Below, piece after piece: positions 50,906-64,000 of a stretch of DNA of 64,000 bases; the first letter of the stretch is position 1; every line of letters starts with the position of its first letter. A model generated the notes under the pieces. That model did no database searches and had not been told where the DNA came from. It was given only the letters and a program-made list of their open reading frames with translations. The translations under genes and the position numbers were made by a program. Where the stretch lies: contig CM060731.1 of assembly GCA_030704615.1 (NCBI GenBank), positions 73,594,001 through 73,658,000 of the forward strand. The letters are read 5' to 3'. Source of the stretch: Takakia lepidozioides (lineage: Eukaryota > Plantae > Bryophyta).

Positions 50906-53900
50906 ATAGATGGCCAACATTTGTCAACGCATCAATCTGCTTTATGATTTTTGACTTCTCATTCTTGGAAATATGAACGATATCTTGTGAAAATATAATT
51001 TCTCTATCAGATTGCTGCTCCACTGCATCACACAATGCGTTGTATTTTTTTTCAGTCTTGTCAACATTTAGCCTAAACTCCACTTCAATGGACTTTTTTT
51101 GCTGTGCTTTCACCCAAGGAGGGTTCGACCAACTTCCAATCCAAAGGACCTCCTTTGTGTGCTCACATCTGAAGTCTGGTGAGCTTGAGCTTTTCTGTCA
51201 CAACCACAATTGGCCAGCTGAGCACTCAGAGCTTCAACCACTGCATCACATAGACCACCTTCATATACTAAGGAACAACATTCTCCCCTGGCCTCTAACT
51301 AGGAAGACCACCTACTCAAAGGAACAGTATTAACTGATTTTGCTTTTTTTAAGCAACTAATAGAAACCATTCCACAAGCCATCATCATGCCCGCATGAGT
51401 CTCTCAGCCCTCCTTGACTCCGTAGTCTCAACTTCTCATTGTCCCACCACACTGAAGGATCTATTGAGAACTCCTGCCAGCGCTTTTCGAAGGTTATTGT
51501 TCGGCCTGCAAGCAAATCCCACTGAAACACGGATCTTCAGCAGCTTCTAATTGCTTGATTTATTGAGGAATGGTAGTGTAGGCTTATCTCCCCCCCTCTC
51601 TCTCACACATGACATATCAAGCGAATTTCAGAGATAGATGAGAACTTTCAGATATCTGAGGAGATACCGCCAATGGAAGGATGACAAAGGTGTCGATTGT
51701 TGTCATGTTCCTCTATAACCCTTGTACAACAAGAATGTAAAATGAGTGTAGTTTCTACTGGCACGGGTGAAGGACAATATGGACCCTGGATTGCTCCGAG
51801 ACGACCCCAAAAACAATGAACAGGCTCTACCTTTTTCGGTTTTTCGGGGGGGAGTCATATCCATCACTTGCAGGTATGTAGAGCTCGGAATTACTAAGCT
51901 GGATGACCCTAGCAGCTCCCAATGTAGGCTAGTTGATCTTCTACATCCCGCAAATAACAGAGTAGTCAGGCCACCCTGCGCGTTCAGGAGACCACCGGAG
52001 CACGCTGCCATTCCTGTGCTTGTGTGAGAAGGGAAAACGGAGGCGGAACTCCAGCATCTAGGGAAACATTCAAAAGAGCACAATCCTAAGATCTGCAGGT
52101 TTAACTATCTCCTTGCTCGTTCATTACATATGCTAACAAAATGACGATAATCGTCAGCAACTAGCTAAAACTAATAAGCCTGAACTTCCTGGCCCCAACA
52201 ATGTCTTCTTCAACACAATTTTCTGGTAGAGCAAGTGGATCCGATGCTTTTCTGGGCTGTTGCTTACCTACAAGAAGTGCCTACCCCTTGCACAGTTCAC
52301 CAAAATACGCAATGTCAATAATAGATTGTATTTTGTTCTCTTCAAAAGCTCGAATTGTGGAAACCTCGTGACAGAGTTTGGCCTCCAAATCTGTGCTTTT
52401 GTTTTGATACTCCTCAAGACACCACTGCCTATCTTCCATATGAACCCAGACAGTTATGATATTCTCGGTTAAGTCCAACTTAATATCTTTCTTCAATCTA
52501 TGTAGGTTTTCCTTTGCCCCACTCACCTCCTCATGCTTCTTCAATCCATGAGGTGTTCTATGTATCAATGTGGGTGATGGTTACATTGTGCAAAATCAAA
52601 CAAGTTGCGACGTGAATGGGTCCTTGTAAATTGCAATCAATGCGTTTTAGTAAAATCCTCCATCTTCTTTTGAGTATGCCAAAAACTCACTTTATACATA
52701 TTCTCGAGCTTGATTGTGCAAAATTCTAGTTTGCCCGATCCAAGCCACCACCATGACATATCTTACCAATGTGAGATTTCCCAAACAGGTCCCAATCAAT
52801 ATTACCACACCACCCTACATCATAGTCCCAAAAGCAACATAATTTGTAAACAACACCTTGTTACAAGATAGAATGGAAGCCTTTTATGTTATGATAATCG
52901 GGTGCATACTCACAAGGAGTGATCATCGGAATATGGGTGTCATATTGAAAGTAGTGCCAGTGGCTAGCCTTGCTATAGAGATATCTACTCTAGTCTCAAC
53001 ATGAATAAATCCCGCTCGACATGAAATATCTTGTTTCTTCAACAATGAGCTACTTCTACACACAAATATGAAAAAGTTTCTTCACCGCATTCTATCTTAG
53101 CGCTGTAAGATCCCATGAGAAAAATATCTGAAAAACCTATTGGTTTATCAAATGCTTATGTCTTTCCCTTCTTCGATCATCATCTTTTGTCTTGCAACAT
53201 CCAATTGTGAAATACAATCAATACTATCTAAAGGTTTGTTAATTGCTATAGAATGTGCACTTGACATAGATTCCAAAACAATGCACAAAGAGAACTGAAA
53301 AGCAAGTGTTGCAAGGAGAGCTCTTTCCGAGGGCTCCATGGCTGTATGTGATAGAAAGAAACCATAACCAAAAGAGAGGCATACACATGGTTTGATTTTG
53401 TCCACTTAACCATTCTTGTCCACTTCTTGGTTTGAAAAGGGGGCTAGCTTGACCACTGGCTCCTAGTGGTTCTTAATGGCATGCCATCTATGAAATGGAC
53501 GAACACTCGCGGGATGAAAGCCACACTAGCATTCCGTCCGGTGGTTGGTCTGGAACCACCCTTTGTGTAGCAAGACTAGGGTGCCATAGTGCCACGCCAT
53601 GGTTGCCACATCATCACCGTCATTTGTTTAAAGCTGGCCGTACTACCCAAGAAATTTTAATAATAAAAAAGGCGTCATCTTTGCCACATCATTATCGCCA
53701 CGTTTTGGAGGCCATGTCATCAACGTACATTTGAAATTGCCAAATAAAATTATGAAAATAAAATTTATTAAATCTGCTCTAATATTTCTTTCTTTCTTTC
53801 TTTTGTTTCTTCATATATTTAATATAAATATTATAGCACTTCCAAAAATTACTTTGATTTCGCGAAAAGCACGTTTCAATGGACTAATATTTTACGATAA

Positions 53901-54099
53901 TACATGTAAATATGATAATGGTAATAGCTAATGAAATGTCAAAAATCTTAATATTGAATTTTATCTTTTGTCTATTTTTTGGACAGCTTTGAAAATGTAT
54001 TATTACACATCAATAAAATCAAATAAATTCATATTGAAAATGGGCTGAGAGGTATGGTTCCCGGCCTCACTGAATGCGGTGTGTGTGCCTTATGTGTAG

Positions 54100-54210
54100 G
54101 GTAAAGAACCGGGGCAAGGGGGTTCACCAGTTTAAGCCCCCTAAAGAGACGAGGGCGGAGCCCGAGTCTTAGGGGGCGAAAACTGGGACCCCGCGCCCTG
54201 GTTCTTTACC
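54100..54210. repeat. 111-bp imperfect palindrome / long hairpin
   Basis: GGTAAAGAACCGGGGC..GGGGTTCACCAGTTT..GCCCCCTAA..GAC..GGGC-GGA-GCCC..GTC.TTAGGGGGC..AAACTGGGACCCC..GCCCTGGTTCTTTACC. Confidence 0.85.
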
Positions 54211-55768
54211 GAGCATGAACAACGCTGACCCTGCGCCCTGTAACACACCCGCCAGCCTGGCACGGGCGTTCCGCGCTGCAACGCACTCCAGGTCCCAACG
54301 AGTTAGGGTTCACCAATATAAGCCCACGCAAACAACAAGGGAAATATTTGAAGCGTTCTTTATGGTGTAATCAGGGGTTTTAATTTTTTTCCCCCAATAA
54401 TTTGTTAATAAATTAACCAGGGCTACAATCCCCCTGTTCACTAAGCTTATTGTGAATTTGTTTTAAAAAAAAGAGATGAATATCAACACCATTAATACAC
54501 CTAAGAGTATTAATACTGTCATAAGGCAAAACAACGCATAAATTAAAAAATCCTAGGAATAATTTATGAAATCAATGCTGCATGTGAGATGGTAGGCTGG
54601 TCTTCAGCATATTGAATTTTCCCCACCCTCTCTTGAAGGGAACTGAAGGGAGTGTAACTTGACAGTTGGTTCCAGATAAGGAGTGTAAACTCCAATCGGG
54701 TTACACAGTGTGGGTGTAACCCCACTTGGGGTTACATAGTAGAAAGTGTAACTCCACTCATTGTAACTCACATTTAGCAATGAAATTTGACTAAATCCGA
54801 ATTTGGCCAAGTTCAAACCTTCCACCATATGGCCTCCATTACCATCACCTTACTAATAGGCTCCTCATTCCAAAGTATATAATAACAAATTAGATAGAAT
54901 GGCAAATGGCCTTGCCTATCATTGCAGGGAAGGCTCCGAGAAAGCTATGGGAAAGCGCACAAAACTTGAGAAAAAAATTTCAGTAATTGTGTCTTGAGTG
55001 TTGTTATCTTGGCTCCTCTTTGTAAATGACCTTCCTTCAACATGGCCCAGCCCATACTGTGAACTGACATTTGGAAGACTCTAGGCCCACCATCGTGTGA
55101 CACCTGTACATGGGAAGAACTTAGCATGCCAAATGCCAATCATACTAGCTGCACCTCTGTTCACCGACTTTCAAAATCTCAAACCTAATCCTAAAGCCCC
55201 GGCCACGATCATGGGGTTGGAATGTTCCCCAATCCAACCGATTATACCTGCAGTGAATGTTGCAAAACCTTCCGTAATCAACCAAAGCCAACAATCATTC
55301 TAAGCAATCTAGGGCCCTCACCACTCATCAGTTTACTGATGAAACAGAAAACCATTTAAATCATGAAGTCACCACGAGCCATGAACCTCCGGCAGCGGTC
55401 TGATAGACTGTTGGGAGCTGCAGAAATTTGTGGCAAAGTTGATTTCGTGCATTTGCCTCTTCATTTTCCATCATCTCTGCCACTGATCTGATATTCAGCT
55501 ATCTTCTGCAGTTTTGGTAGTAGAGACCACCCGACCTCAAAGTTAGAATAGCTCCAGTCGTTGATCTACATGCATTTCAAGATCCCTCAAAATGCACAAG
55601 TACAAGATAGCCGAACCTCCATCAGAAAACCATAAAATTGCTCGTAGAAAAATCCAAAAGACATCGACTGCGTTCATAATATACACGGGCTTCTCTTTAT
55701 TCATTAGGTAGAACCCACCACCGAACAAGAAAATCAAGTCGCTGGCAGAGAAAAAATTGCTGGTAGCA

Positions 55769-58700
55769 CTAGGATTGCACTGCCAGCCTTTGAAGATGCT
55801 CCACAAACACTTGCAAGCTGACGTCATCAGTGAAAATGATGTCCCCTCCTGGGGCAGGCACATTGGCTGAGTTGTAGGTTGCTGAAGGGTTCAATCTTGC
55901 AAGCAAGAAACGTGCCTGTGAACCATGCTGGTCACAAACAACTAATCTAGGCACTGGAAAACGTTCCATAATGATCCCTTGAGCATCAGTCTGTGGCACC
56001 TTCAGCAGCTGAGCAAAAGCCTCGTGTTCTGGTTGGTTTTGATAGCCTGCCATCCGCCACTGGGCAATTGTCATGCCATGGAAAATGACCACGCTGAAGT
56101 AAGCATCCAGCAATAAGATCCGGTCAGCTGCAATCGATGCCACATCCAGCAGTGCCGGCTCAGGAGGGGCATTGAAAGAATATGAGAGAAGGGATGGTTG
56201 AAGCATAACAAGTGAATTTGTTACATTTTCTCGATACAAGACCATGCGAAAGTATGCCGTTTCATCAGGGCTGTTGTTGAACACTTGTACAAACTGTGAG
56301 CGCCGGAGATTGAACATAAACTGCGGATAGATAGCAAAATTTGGAGCAAAACTGAATGAACTCATGTCGTCTTTTCGGTAGTCCCCAAATCTTGATGCCA
56401 GACGAATAAGCGATCGATCCAGCCAGCGTGTTGCATCAAACTCTTCCTCTGTCTCCATCTTGTGTGAAGCTAGACGGGCCATTGTCACAGCAGCAGCTTC
56501 TTGGTCGAACCCAGCAACAAGCTCCTCGGTGCTCGAGGCCCCATCCACCCACCTCCGTGTGACAGTTGTTGCACGCATCCGTGTCTGGCCACCACTGTGT
56601 TGATACAGAGTCAGGAACTGGAGGAAAAATTGCTGCCCTATTGCTGCAGGAGGGCCAGCTTGAGCAGTAGGATTAACTTCATAAAACACAGTCAACGTCG
56701 TACTCCTGTCCAACCCACTCAGTTTCCAAGCACTAGTGCCTCCTTGACCAATAACTGTATCTGAACAGGAAGACCCTTTCTTGTCTAGGGACGCACAAGG
56801 GCCAATTGCTCCCTGAATTTTGACCTCCTTTGAGCAATTTACTTCAAAGATGCCATTGAAAGAAAGATCCAGGGCATGGTTTCCTGATTCAAATACACGC
56901 TTGAACGAGTCCTTGAACACTGAATGCCCAAAACTCTCAGCCAGCACAATTAGACCACCTGTTTTCTCAATCGCCACCTTCATTTCTGCAATTCCAACCT
57001 GCAACAAATTTCTGTCTATTAGCGTCTTTGTAACTGAAGATAAGCACTGAAAAACAAACGGTCTCAGAATGGTCTATGCGGCCACCTCCATCCAATTCTC
57101 TCTCTGTCTGCCCCCATCCAAAGCACTCTCTTTCAACATGATTGCAGGCCTCCCATCTCTGCCCTTGCCTGGAAAAGTGGTGGACTATCAGTCAAGCATT
57201 ACTCTATCACATACTCTGCTTGCTGGAGATTCTCATCTCGGGTGTTGGTAAGGGCAACAAGTAACAGCAAGTCCACATTAATTGTCCCTGACAAGCAAGA
57301 TGATAAAGCAAACACAACATTGCTTACAGCCAACTGCTGAGCTGCTAAGTTAGTGATTAACTGCACGCCTGGATGTCCTGTGTACAGCCTACCAACTCTA
57401 TGGCAAAAGGCCTGCCTAACTTTGGCTTTGGAAAACTCAAGCCATGTCTGCCTGACTCTCCATAATATCACCTAGCTCAGACGACATCACCATCTCTAAC
57501 ACGTTTCACAAAAGCGTAATAATTCGACCATTCTTCATTCCAACACATGACTGTACGTACACTTTGCAACCACAGAAGGACCTCACTTCTTGACCAAAAA
57601 ACAAAGTTGCCTGAAACTTTCAAATGTTTACCCATATCTCCAACACCTTGTATCCCAGAATGACCCCCCAACCGGCTGGAAAGGAACAAGCCACACAACA
57701 TCCTTTCCACACGCAGAAAAAACGCCTGAGGGGAACCAAATTCCTTTCTCTATGCTCTTTCCCCTCTTCAATGAAAGAAAATCATTCGAGTCTCTTACAG
57801 CAGGACGCAAACCTGATCTAGTGAGCACGCAAAGAGATCCAGCACATGTCCCTGGTTCACCAACTGTTTCGCAAGCCCTTCGTAGAACTTGACTGCCTTA
57901 TGGTAGTGAGGGACAGCATCTTTGGCAAGATCTTTGTGTGACCGAATCGGGTCAGACAGATCTTTAGACACAATCGTCCCCGATCCTTCTGTACAGGGAC
58001 CTCCTACGAATGCCATGATCCGAGCTCCAGTTCCAGGCACACATGCCCCCAACAATCCTGCCGCCACAGTGAGGGCCGTCCCCGTACACCGAGCTGCTCT
58101 TTGGTCAGGAGGAAAGGGCCAAGCATCTCTCTGCAGCTCGTCCAACAAAGATGTGAGGGTAAATTCGCAACTCGACGCTGGCAGTAAAAATCGATTGACA
58201 CTGCTGGCAGGGATCCCCTCACCATGGCCCGCAACCACCCCAGCATTTTGGGGAACCCCTCTTTGTACTACTCCTCCCACAACACGATTCACGAGTCCTA
58301 ACTGCTCAAGAATCTGTTCTTTAGTTACATCTTTAGATCCCCGAAACACATATGATTTCGGGCACTCCGAAAACCCTAATTCATGCACATGGACCTGGGC
58401 CCCGTAGGTGATCAATCCAACCATCGCATTCTCTGGCACCAAACTGATCGCCTGCGTCAGAGACGCCTTCAAATACCCTAGCTCCTCCTCTATGAGACAT
58501 GTGTCCAGCACGAACAGGAACACTGGAGGTGACCCCGGCTCCCCCGCAAGAGTATACTCCACAGTCGTACACTGCGGAAAAAGCTCGCCTGGCTGATTGT
58601 CCTGCGATATGGAGGCGTAGCTCGCCGGGAAATGGTTGCGCTGGTAACAAAAAGGACAGGTCCAGATCTTGGCTTGAAAATCAACACGACAGAAGGGGTT

Positions 58701-58892
58701 GAGCAGGGAGCGGCAAGACTTGCACCGTAGAGGTGAGTAGGGCAGCACAGACACCCCAGGCGCTGGATGCAGAGGGGTAACTATAGCTGCCAACGGCACA
58801 ACGCACTTGCTCGCTTCCACTCGCGTGCTTGGCCATACATTCCACGGCATGCGCACTCCATTCACCGCCTCTACTTCTGCAAATTCCGCCAT
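55769..58892 (-). CDS. SEC23: COPII coat protein SEC23, 2 exons, 769 aa
   Basis: Exons 58892-57813 and 56998-55769 (GT-AG, phase 0, ..SLDQ|VGIAEMK..). [10 protein letters not shown], Zn finger [73 protein letters not shown]. Confidence 0.97.
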
Positions 58893-58962
58893 TGCCAGGC
58901 CCTCTTCAGGGTCCCGGGAGAGATCCCCCCTCTCTGTCTCTCTCGCCCCTCTCTCCCCCTCC

Positions 58963-58998
<36 letters not shown>

Positions 58999-59828
58999 TC
59001 CTCGCGAAGAGAACGCGCAGGCCACGCTGCATGGAAGAAGCAGCCTTTGACAATCGCGGGCCGGGCCGGGTCGGGCCTTCCCATTTCAGCCCGGCCCGCA
59101 GTAGCACCGGTCAACGTCGATGCTCGGAAGCACCGACCGGCCCAGCTGTGTAAACAGATGAATGTCGTCTACTCAAACGTCTTGGATGAACGATAACCTA
59201 GATTTGGACGGCCGGCAATTGTATGGATGCAAAAGAATGGGTGGATGAATGAAGGCGGTGGGTAATTAGGCTGCAGACTGTGTCAGTGCAATAACTGAAA
59301 AGTGTAACTCATGCACAGCACTGACTTGAGGCTTGACCTCTACTTACACCGTTCATTCCTTCAACTTGCTCATTGCCTTCATTTTCCCTGGCTCAGTATG
59401 AATGTAAGCCTGACAGTGGAACCCTAAGTTTGAGTCCCTCGTAGTGACAAAAAAGAAATAAAAAGGTGGGGTGGGTTCTGAAGGAGAAATGGTGGTTTTC
59501 CCTTTTTTAATTTCTTTATTTTCCATTAGAAGGGGGATGGAAGCCCCTGAACTTTATATCAGAGGGACAAAAGTCCCCGGGGGGGTACATAGAGGAAATA
59601 ATAACCTCTGCAACAGTGCCATGGAGGCTGATTTGGGAATCGAAATTAAATGAAGAGAGATCAAGGAAACGTGTAAGGGACGAAGGAGGAAGTAGGAAGA
59701 ACTAAAAGTTGCCCCTCTTCATTCTGTAGGGATGGGCTTTTTATTTTTTATTTTTTTAAAGGGAAACACCTGGGAGCGTTTGATTTCCTTTTCTGAAAAA
59801 CCTACGGTGTCTCCAATTTACCAGTTTA

Positions 59829-60291
59829 CCATAGTGGGATTGCCGGTTAGGCAGAAATTGATTCAAAAAAAAAGTGCCTAACCAAAATAAATTATTTTTG
59901 ACAAGAGTGCCCAATTTTAAAAAATATATCTTCAAAGAGTGCCTAATTTGCAAAAACATTTCTAAAAGTGCCAGTGTGTATAAAAGCTTGAATTTAAATT
60001 TTAAAAAAATATATAAAATAGAAAACAAATCTAAAAATAACATCCAATTATAGTGATATTCATTTAAAACGTCATCCATGGACTCAGTTTTCAATTTGCA
60101 TCCATGGCAGCGGCTGTATTTTTATATTTTTGTGTTTTCATTTTGTGATTATTTTTAGTTGCCTAATTTAAAAAAAATACACATCCAAGATGCCTAATTT
60201 TTTTTTAAAAATCTCAAAAGTGCCTAATTGCCAAATGGCCTCAAAAATAATTATTAGGCAGGCAAGTGCCTAACCGGCTATCCCACTACGG
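59829..60291. mobile_element. Tc1/mariner-type (TA TSD) MITE
   Basis: TIR CCATAGTGGGATTGCCGGTTAGGCA ... TGCCTAACCGGCTATCCCACTACGG flanked by TA; internal (g)tgcctaa repeats; AT-rich. Confidence 0.85.
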
Positions 60292-60599
60292 TATTTTGGG
60301 CTCAGTCACCATCCAAGGGGAGTGGCGAGGAGCCAATGAACCATAAAAGGCATCTATATGAGGTAGTCAATTGCAACTGTCAATTATATCGTACATTTTA
60401 ATCTACACAATTCTCTCAACCCATAATTCGTAGAACGGCTGGGGATGGGGTCCCTACATAGCCACTTGGAGCTGTCAATTACATCATACCCTTCATCAGC
60501 ATTCACGTGAAGCAGGCTTTTTGAGAGGTTGTTTTTTACTCTTATTTTCAATTGATTTTTTTTATTTTTTATTTTTTCCGAACAGGGACTGTGACCCTA

Positions 60600-61717
60600 A
60601 TAGAAACTTTATTGATAAAAGCAGGGAAAATGGAGCAGAGAGGAGGAAAAAATAACCTCCTAGAAGGGCCATAAAGGTGTATCACATGGGGCACAACCTA
60701 GGACAAACAGCGAGTAGGGGGGAAGAGCATGATGAGGCATGACATAGGCAAAGTTGGGCTAAGAAGAATAATCAATTGGGGAGAGCGTTGATACAGCGAA
60801 CAAGATATCAACCTAAGCCTGGCAAAGGGAGCACTGTCTGAGCGAAAATTATTGTGAACGGCTCCTAAACAAGAGTGCAGGCATGAAGCAGTCCTGCATC
60901 TGTAGGGAGCACAGTGCCCATCAAGCCCCAAAGTGTACTTGTGCCTCAGACTTGGAGGGCCCCTGCTTCTGATGGCGCCAGTTGATGTCTGGTGCCTCGG
61001 AGTCAGCAGGCAATTTTCCAGGGCCCGGGGATGTCGTCGTGCCAAACAATTGTGGATTCATTGAGCCTGGAGCAGATGAGGTTGCCCTTTGCCCAGGTGA
61101 GATCGAACTCCACGAACAACAGTTGGCGTTTCCTTTCACTGCACCTGCTAGAAGCTGAAAGCAAAGACACCCACACCTTACGCCCCTCAGTCATCAAATC
61201 AGCATATAACATGCCAATGAGCGATCTGATGTTGAGGCGCTTACCCTGGTAGACTAAGGAGCATCTAGCTTTCCAAACTGACCATAGAGCATGACCTTTA
61301 AGGGTAGCCCAAATCGGGCATCTGTCTCAGGCAGTCCCATTGTGCAAATTGAGCAGCAGCAAAGGGGCAGACAGAGGGGGTAGTACTTTCCAATTGGAAT
61401 AACAAGTCCCCACATATCCCCACATTCTGGAGGAAAGATTACAATGGATTAGATAATGCTCCAGTGTTTCCCTCACCCCACAGTTGCAGAGTAAACAGTT
61501 AGGGTCCTCATCTGTGAAACAGTCTGCTACAGGTAAAATACGGTTAGCTATTTTCCACAAGAAAGCACTGACTTTCGTCGAGCGGTGCTTGGCCCAGATA
61601 TCTCGATTCTCTCCACACACTGTTCCAGCTAGGGCCTGATAGATTAAAGGACCATTTGTTGTTCCATTTTATTTTGAAATCAGCTTTTCCCAACAACATC
61701 ATGTAACCTGCCTTTAC
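60600..61717 (-). mobile_element. L1-type LINE 3' end (zf-RVT region), interrupted by the Gypsy LTR at 61718
   Basis: W..VW...KVSAFLWKIANRILPV...CLLCNCGVRETLEHYLIHC..S..MW; ALWSVWKARC; AATAAA near 60610 on minus. Confidence 0.8.
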
Positions 61718-64000
61718 TGTCACGGACATAGCCCAGAGGAACTTACCAGGAATAAATACCAAAAGTTACCAAGCTACCATGTTACCGGAAGTTATCATGA
61801 CTTACCATGATTTATCATGATTTACCATGATCTACCATGATTTATCATTACTTACCAAGTTATCAAGAATTTATCAAATTACCAAGAGTAACTTGGGAAA
61901 CTGCTCAGGAAGCTTCTTTTGGAGGAAACTTCTCCATCAAGATACCTCATTTGTTTAAGGAAGCTTCTCCATCAAGAAACCTTTGTTTAATCTTAGAAAC
62001 TTCTCGAGCAAGCAACCTCCATAAGGGAAGCTTCTTAGGGAAGCTTCTTAGTAGCCAGTATATATAGGAGGCGAGACTGGACACTCTTCAGTCTCGCCAA
62101 CACCAGTTCAAGCTACTCTTGTTTCCCAGTTCCCAGTACCCTGTTTTCAGTATCTGGTAATCCAGTCCAGTTTCCAGCATTCCAATATTCAAGTCGTGTT
62201 CCAATATCTTGTACCCTTGTTCATTGTTATAAAGATCGTCTTGATTCATATTTACTCATCGTGCATACGGCCACGCCGACCTTGACTTCTTGCCTAGTTT
62301 TATATCTCTAGTCTGATCTCTTGTTTGTGTTCAGTCATGTTTTCGTCATTGACAGTTTGGCGAGACTAAAGTTTGTTCCTTAGTTAGTTAAGATGGAAGG
62401 CACATTTGCGGAAATGGTCGCCACATTGCAGAGTCTTCAGCTCCAGATGCAAGAACTTCATGCCTCTACTGCCCAACTACAAGTTGATCAGTCTCAAGAT
62501 CTTGGCAACGCTCTCAACAATTTGCAACAACAAATTTCAGAGTTGAAGGAGACGAACAATGGATCTTCAACCTTACGAGTCCCTACTACAATAAATCCTA
62601 CTGCAACGGTTCCTCCAAATCTTCAACAGATTACAAGGGAACCAAACGTCAGCATGCCCGAAAAATTTGATAGGACGAGATCAAGATTTCGTGGTTTTGT
62701 TCAACAAGTACGATTGTTCCTACGACTACATCCACAACGTTACCCTGATGAAGGTATTCAAGTAGGATTTGTGGGCATCATTCTATCCGGCACTACCCTA
62801 TCTTGATTTGCACCGCTATTAGAGAAAAATTTGCATTTACTATACAATTTTGAAGCGTTCATGTCCGAGTGCACTGCAACGTTTGGAGGGAATGATAAAG
62901 AGAGAGTTGCAGAGACAAAGATGCGAAATCCTCGACAAGGAGCACGTCCAGCTTCCGTTTATGCTGCCGAATTTCGACAACTTGCGTGCGACCTCGATTG
63001 GAATGAGAAGAGTCTCATTAGTCAGTTTCGATGTGGCCTAAAAGAGGATGTAAAATATTTGTTGCTGACAATGTCAAACGTGAGTACATTGAGCGAATTC
63101 ATCACCCAAGTCATTGCATGCGATAATCGTTTGTTTGAACGACGTCAAGAGAAGCGATATGGATGGTCGACGACGCACCATGCCGCTGCTACTACGGCAT
63201 CAAATACAACGATCCATCAGACATCCGGTAATGATCATATGCAGATTGATGCTGTCCGATTCAAGCCATTGACGCCACAAGAAAAACAAATACGGCGCTC
63301 GAATGGATTATGTCTTTATTGCGGAGAAGATGATCACATAGCATTAAACTGTCCCAACAAGAGAAGATTCAAAGCTCGGGGCACAACTCAAGTGTTCGAT
63401 ACGAGGAGGTCGGAAAACGAAGATGTCCAGTCGTAGTAGGGACCATGCGGCTGGACATCCCAAATTCCTCACCAAAAAAAGGTCTTTTTCTATCTCCAGA
63501 CCCTGTACCTTGTTTCACAGTTCCAGTAAAGATCAGGATGCAAAATCAAGATATCTCCGTAGAAGCACTTTTGGACTCGGGCACTTCAGCGTGTTTTCTT
63601 GACAAAGACTTTGCGATTGATGCAGCTTTTTTCATCATCTTGAAACCAGCAAATCTCCAAGTGAATATGCTATCCATGTCCACCTATGACGATGTAGAGA
63701 TCATAAAAGAGATTTAGGAAGCACTGAAGAGCGACCAATTTGCTACGACACTACGAAGTCAACTAAATTGACCCCGAGACAACCCACATATTACAAACGA
63801 CTTCGAATTCAAAGATGACTTACTTTATTTCAAGTGACTTCTCTATGTACCTCCAGGACCTACACGACTTCAAATTCTTCAAACATGTCATGATCTTCCG
63901 GCTGCGGGACATTTCGGCTTCAACAAAATAATGGAATTGATATCCAGGGACTATTGGTGGCCGCAGATGTGGAAACTCGTGAAAGAATTTATAAAATCTT
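61718..64000 (+). mobile_element. Ty3/Gypsy element (Tcn1-like gag), 5' LTR 61718-62354, internally deleted, runs off the right edge
   Basis: LTR TGTCA...TGACA containing ttaccatga repeats and TATATA; gag 62393-63436 (PEKFD..RFRGF, RQGARPASVYAAEFRQL, MQID, CLYCGEDDHIALNC; one stop); protease ALLDSGT; then directly the integrase Zn finger (CHDLPAAGHFGFNK..YWWPQM), so RT/RNase H are missing. Confidence 0.9.

Noticed and set aside
58893-59114. N-terminal extension of SEC23 (ERERER..) in the ORF track
   Set aside because: It translates a (GA)n microsatellite in the 5' UTR from a non-ATG start; homology begins at ATG 58892.

Overview
Eukaryotic, repeat-rich nuclear DNA, most likely from a non-seed land plant (bryophyte/lycophyte/fern-like). 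This is inferred from the PLS-type PPR fragment, the secretory polyphenol oxidase and the Gypsy types; the species cannot be determined. Positions 1-21.5 kb are a nest of decayed retroelements: a LINE carrying PPR fragments, a Gypsy whose integrase ends in a PHD finger, and a chromovirus-type Gypsy with an internal inversion. Three apparently intact host genes can be assembled by hand. (i) A 9-exon gene at 28113-34182 (+), invisible as a single ORF, encodes signal peptide, pro-domain, RRLL, a 67-aa almost uncharged 4-Cys hydrophobic peptide, a Hedgehog-type Hint/Hog autoprocessing domain, an SRR-like helix and a hydrophobic C-tail. (ii) A secretory-type polyphenol oxidase at 42117-43983 (-) is flanked by a PPO pseudogene and a CYP71-clan P450 pseudogene. 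(iii) SEC23 lies at 55769-58892 (-). The window also holds a Fanzor (eukaryotic TnpB)-like relic at about 50.3-50.9 kb, a TTAA-flanked piggyBac-like element, CACTA/Harbinger/mariner-type non-autonomous elements, an L1 3' end and a deleted Gypsy at the right edge. The most interesting candidate system is the Hog-domain precursor, which could release a lipid/sterol-modified hydrophobic peptide by two-step processing. All gene models are manual and unverified by transcripts.
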